DNA from: an uncultured virus (IMG/VR IMGVR_UViG_3300010883_000018)
Lineage: Duplodnaviria; Heunggongvirae; Uroviricota; Caudoviricetes
DNA length: 20,000 bases
IMG/VR virus record: IMGVR_UViG_3300010883_000018
Direction: 5' to 3' (one strand)
Numbering within the stretch: position 1 is the first letter of the stretch; each line of letters opens with the position of its first letter. Under the pieces are notes generated by a model that worked only from the letters and a program-made list of their open reading frames with translations, was not told the DNA's origin and did not search any database. The translations under genes and the position numbers were made by a program. Shown in pieces: positions 17,267 to 20,000 of the stretch.

Positions 17267-17867
17267 CCCTCGTGTTTACGAGGATCAAGTACCGCCTCTC
17301 GTACAGGGCAAAAAACGCATACTTGGTCTCGATCTCGGTACCAACTGCGGCGTAGCCTTTACGGATTTCGTGCCAGGTTTAGCTGGCCAGCAGCCGCCGA
17401 TGATACTTGGCCAGTGGGACCTCTCGCTGGGTGACTACGATTCAGGCCCGCTGCGACATTTGCGACTGCAGCAGTTTTTGCAGATCCTACAACCGCAGCT
17501 AATCATGTTCGAGGATGTTAAGTTCACGGGCTCGAAGGAGCGATTTGAGGGTATGAATACGCTGTCGGCTATTGTGGCCCGCGTGGCCAAGTCGATCGAG
17601 TTTTTGGGTGGCTTAAAAGTCACCGTCACGACCTGGGCGGAATTGAACGGGATTCCGGCCCACGGCGTAGGTATTGGCCAAATTAAGAAGTTCGCCACAG
17701 GTAAGGGTAACGTCGGAAAAGAGCCGGTTATCCTGGCCTGTAACGAGCGGTTTGGTACCGATTTTGACCCAGACAACTATCAGAATGAAGGCACTGACAA
17801 CATGGCCGATGCTGCATTTACGTGCGCCATGGGTCTTGAGATGTACTCGGAAGGTTTGCAATGTTAG
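17241..17867 (+). CDS. RuvC-like Holliday junction resolvase
   Basis: ILGLDLGT, IMFEDV, IKKFATGKGNVGK and DNMADA contain the RuvC acidic tetrad and the K..TG.G...K motif. Confidence 0.85.
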   Translation: MSKKQIHRDPRVYEDQVPPLVQGKKRILGLDLGTNCGVAFTDFVPGLAGQQPPMILGQWDLSLGDYDSGPLRHLRLQQFLQILQPQLIMFEDVKFTGSKERFEGMNTLSAIVARVAKSIEFLGGLKVTVTTWAELNGIPAHGVGIGQIKKFATGKGNVGKEPVILACNERFGTDFDPDNYQNEGTDNMADAAFTCAMGLEMYSEGLQC

Positions 17868-18526
17868 AAGGTTTGTATGTAGGGGCTACGTTTACTGCAC
17901 CCGTGGAGTCAGTTGATTATTTGGAGGACGCGGCAACGCTCGTGGATCCGCGACTTAAGGCTGCGAGAGATAGCACAATTGAAAAGAAAAGGCTGTTCCA
18001 GGCACTTAACTCCCCGCGGTGGGTTATCACTGGTGTGGTAGCCAGTGTGGCTGTGATTGATGCGGCGGGACAGCAGTTGTTTGGGTTGGATCACTCTAAA
18101 AAGCCTGCGGCCGGTAGTGTGGCTGTTCCGTTCGTGCGGTGGTTATTGCAGCAATATCCGCAGCAATTTGCAGATTCATTACGCTACGGTGATGCCTACC
18201 CTAACGCAATGATCTTCGGTTTCGCGGCTAAGACGCTGTTGAAAGTCGCCGCGTTTGAGGTATTCGGTGTTAACGTCGTGGCTTCGTCGCCGGAATGTAT
18301 TCGGGTACCAGTCAAGTTGTGGCACAACCCGTTGGGCGTGTACGATCCGATTGAAGTGTTACTGAATGCGGAGGAGCGGAAGAATATTTCGTTGAGTTCG
18401 GTGCTGCGTTACTTTCAGGTCGTGCCGCCGGAGGATTTCGATTACAGTGCCGCGTCGCAGGCCGTCGTTTGTCAACAATTAGTGGAACAATCACAGCTGG
18501 TGAGCCAGCTGGTACCCGCGGAATAA
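17861..18526 (+). CDS. Hypothetical protein, possibly an inactive PolB-related 3'-5' exonuclease fold
   Basis: GGAAGG RBS and overlap with the RuvC-like gene. Segments ALNSP..ITGVVASVAV, IFGF, YDP and ISLSSV follow the layout of stand-alone phage exonucleases but lack catalytic acids. Confidence 0.6.
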   Translation: MLEGLYVGATFTAPVESVDYLEDAATLVDPRLKAARDSTIEKKRLFQALNSPRWVITGVVASVAVIDAAGQQLFGLDHSKKPAAGSVAVPFVRWLLQQYPQQFADSLRYGDAYPNAMIFGFAAKTLLKVAAFEVFGVNVVASSPECIRVPVKLWHNPLGVYDPIEVLLNAEERKNISLSSVLRYFQVVPPEDFDYSAASQAVVCQQLVEQSQLVSQLVPAE

Positions 18527-18529
18527 CCC

Positions 18530-19264
18530 ATGGCGATACCCGAGAAGCCAGGAACACAACGTACGGAATCGCGTGACGCGAGTCGGGCGCCGCAGGCTGC
18601 TGCTCGGTTTAGCGTGGCGGAATTGGCGGAGGATTATCACTTCTTCAATCACGGTGCGTTTTTCAGCTTTGCCGGTTTGAAAGATCCTGAGGAAGATCCA
18701 ATCAATGACTGGTATGCCAGGCAGAACATGCCGCACTTGAAGATCCTGCGGCAGGTGTTCGAGACGCCTGTATTCTCAGGACTGATCGCGCCGGCTGCAG
18801 AAGGCCGCGGTGTGACATGGGACCACGTGCTCTGCGGTGTCCCCAACGAATTGTGGCCTAGCCTCTTCGAGTTCCTGGGTAGCGTATCTACTGTGGACCA
18901 ACGAGCCGACAATGGGCAGGGTGCGATTTACATGGCCTGCGCTGCACCGATGGTGATCTCAGACCCCGTAATGGTTGATCGGTATACGGTGCTGCGACCT
19001 AACTTGCCGCAGGTCGCGGTAACCGTATTTGGTATTGAGAGCAATCTAGGTCAGTGGTTGTTGCAACCCTGCCCACCACAACAGCCGCGCGTGATGCAAT
19101 CAGCGGCAAGACCTGCGATTATTAAGCTATGGCGGGATTACAGCGAGGGTGATTTTTCGTCCCTGCAGGAACGGTGTAATCCCGCTTTTCAAGATTTCAC
19201 ACAAGCTTACGAGGAAGTACGCAAACAGGCAGAGTTTGGCGCGTGGCGTGAGTTTACGCAGTAA
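18530..19264 (+). CDS. Hypothetical protein (244 aa)
   Basis: Starts 3 nt after the upstream stop; no motif recognised. Confidence 0.75.
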   Translation: MAIPEKPGTQRTESRDASRAPQAAARFSVAELAEDYHFFNHGAFFSFAGLKDPEEDPINDWYARQNMPHLKILRQVFETPVFSGLIAPAAEGRGVTWDHVLCGVPNELWPSLFEFLGSVSTVDQRADNGQGAIYMACAAPMVISDPVMVDRYTVLRPNLPQVAVTVFGIESNLGQWLLQPCPPQQPRVMQSAARPAIIKLWRDYSEGDFSSLQERCNPAFQDFTQAYEEVRKQAEFGAWREFTQ

Positions 19265-19287
19265 TTTTTGAGGGATATGTTGGACCT

Positions 19288-19632
19288 ATGAAAATCAAAA
19301 TCAAACTACCCAGTGACATCGAGGGTTCCTGGAAGTTCGACGAAGAGGCTCAGGAGATTGTTATTGAGCCCTACTTTTACGGGGCGGCCGCCACGCAGGC
19401 TGTGGCTTACGTTGCTGTGGAAAGTAGTGCAGGTGCTGTTAAACTCGGCATCTTACGCGTGAATGGCCGCAGCGGTAACGTGCAGGTAGCTATGACTGGT
19501 AAAGCGGCAAGGGTAGTGCCGGAGTTTGACAAAGCAGGGGAGCAGAAAGTTGACAGTGGAGTACGGACTACTGACAAGGACAAAGCTGTTCCAGCAGCAG
19601 CTACTGGCCGTGAGGGATCACACAAACCCTAG
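19288..19632 (+). CDS. Hypothetical protein (114 aa)
   Basis: GAGGGA upstream; beta-rich-looking sequence, no motif recognised. Confidence 0.7.
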   Translation: MKIKIKLPSDIEGSWKFDEEAQEIVIEPYFYGAAATQAVAYVAVESSAGAVKLGILRVNGRSGNVQVAMTGKAARVVPEFDKAGEQKVDSGVRTTDKDKAVPAAATGREGSHKP

Positions 19633-19841
19633 CGGCTGGACAACGCAACCTGAGACGGAGAGTATCGACTCGCAGATCGGGGCGTGGGTGGATCAGACTG
19701 GGAATATGGTCACCACGGTTTCTGCACCGGGTTACCATATGGCCTGGATGGATGAGGAGATGCAGACCAAATACATAATCGTTGGCGTGGTGGTACTGTA
19801 TCGCCCCGCCCTGGCCACAGGAGAACTAGATGACCGATCAA
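19550..19841 (+). CDS. Hypothetical protein absent from the ORF track (3' end lost in the low-complexity tract)
   Basis: GGGGAG at 19537-19542, then TTG 19550 or GTG 19556. The frame reads VEYGLLTRTKLFQQQLLAV...IDSQIGAWVDQTGN...KYIIVGVVVLYRPA...DDRST with no stop before the window end. Confidence 0.6.
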
Positions 19842-20000
19842 CCCCCCCCCCCCCCCCACCCACCCCCCCACCACCCCCTCCACCCCCCCCCCCCCCCCCA
19901 ACCCCCATCCCCACCACCACCCCCCTCACCACCCCCACCCCCCCCCCCATCACCATCACCACCACCCCCACCACCACCACCACCAACCACCATCACCACC
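19842..20000. repeat. C-rich low-complexity tract (poly-C grading into ACC/CAC repeats), probably a read-end artefact
   Basis: 159 nt with no G and long C runs, starting abruptly four codons after AGGAG..ATG 19830. Confidence 0.8.

Noticed and set aside
19526..19555. Two TTGACA hexamers as sigma70 -35 boxes
   Set aside because: No convincing -10 element at 16-18 nt spacing, and both lie inside coding sequence.
19710..19986. Gly/Val-rich minus-strand ORFs
   Set aside because: They arise from translating the low-complexity C tract.

Overview
This window is a dense, all-plus-strand, translationally coupled run of about 23 genes that reads as the DNA replication, recombination and nucleotide-metabolism module of a large dsDNA phage or phage-like element. 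Gene order: SF2 helicase (C-terminal part), unknown, DnaB-like SF4 helicase, primase, a 1083-aa family A DNA polymerase fused to an N-terminal family-4 uracil-DNA-glycosylase-like domain, probable ssDNA-binding protein, divergent RecA/UvsX, unknown, DUF932-like, DUF1016-N-like, GT-A glycosyltransferase, three unknowns, canonical ThyA, unknown, DEDDh exonuclease, RuvC-like resolvase, a possibly inactive exonuclease-fold protein and more unknowns. The window ends in a C-rich low-complexity tract that is probably a sequencing artefact. The most notable features are: (i) the probable SSB gene has a U-rich leader of three tandem 19-nt repeats running into its RBS, recalling the T4 gene 32 autogenous operator, and is followed by a GNRA-capped hairpin; (ii) the same protein has a long Pro/Ala/Gln tail and four (P/Q)MLG motifs; (iii) the UDG-PolA fusion has altered motifs; (iv) a glycosyltransferase sits inside the replication operon; (v) an ORF near the right end is missing from the ORF track. 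All protein assignments come from motif recognition by eye. No searches were run.
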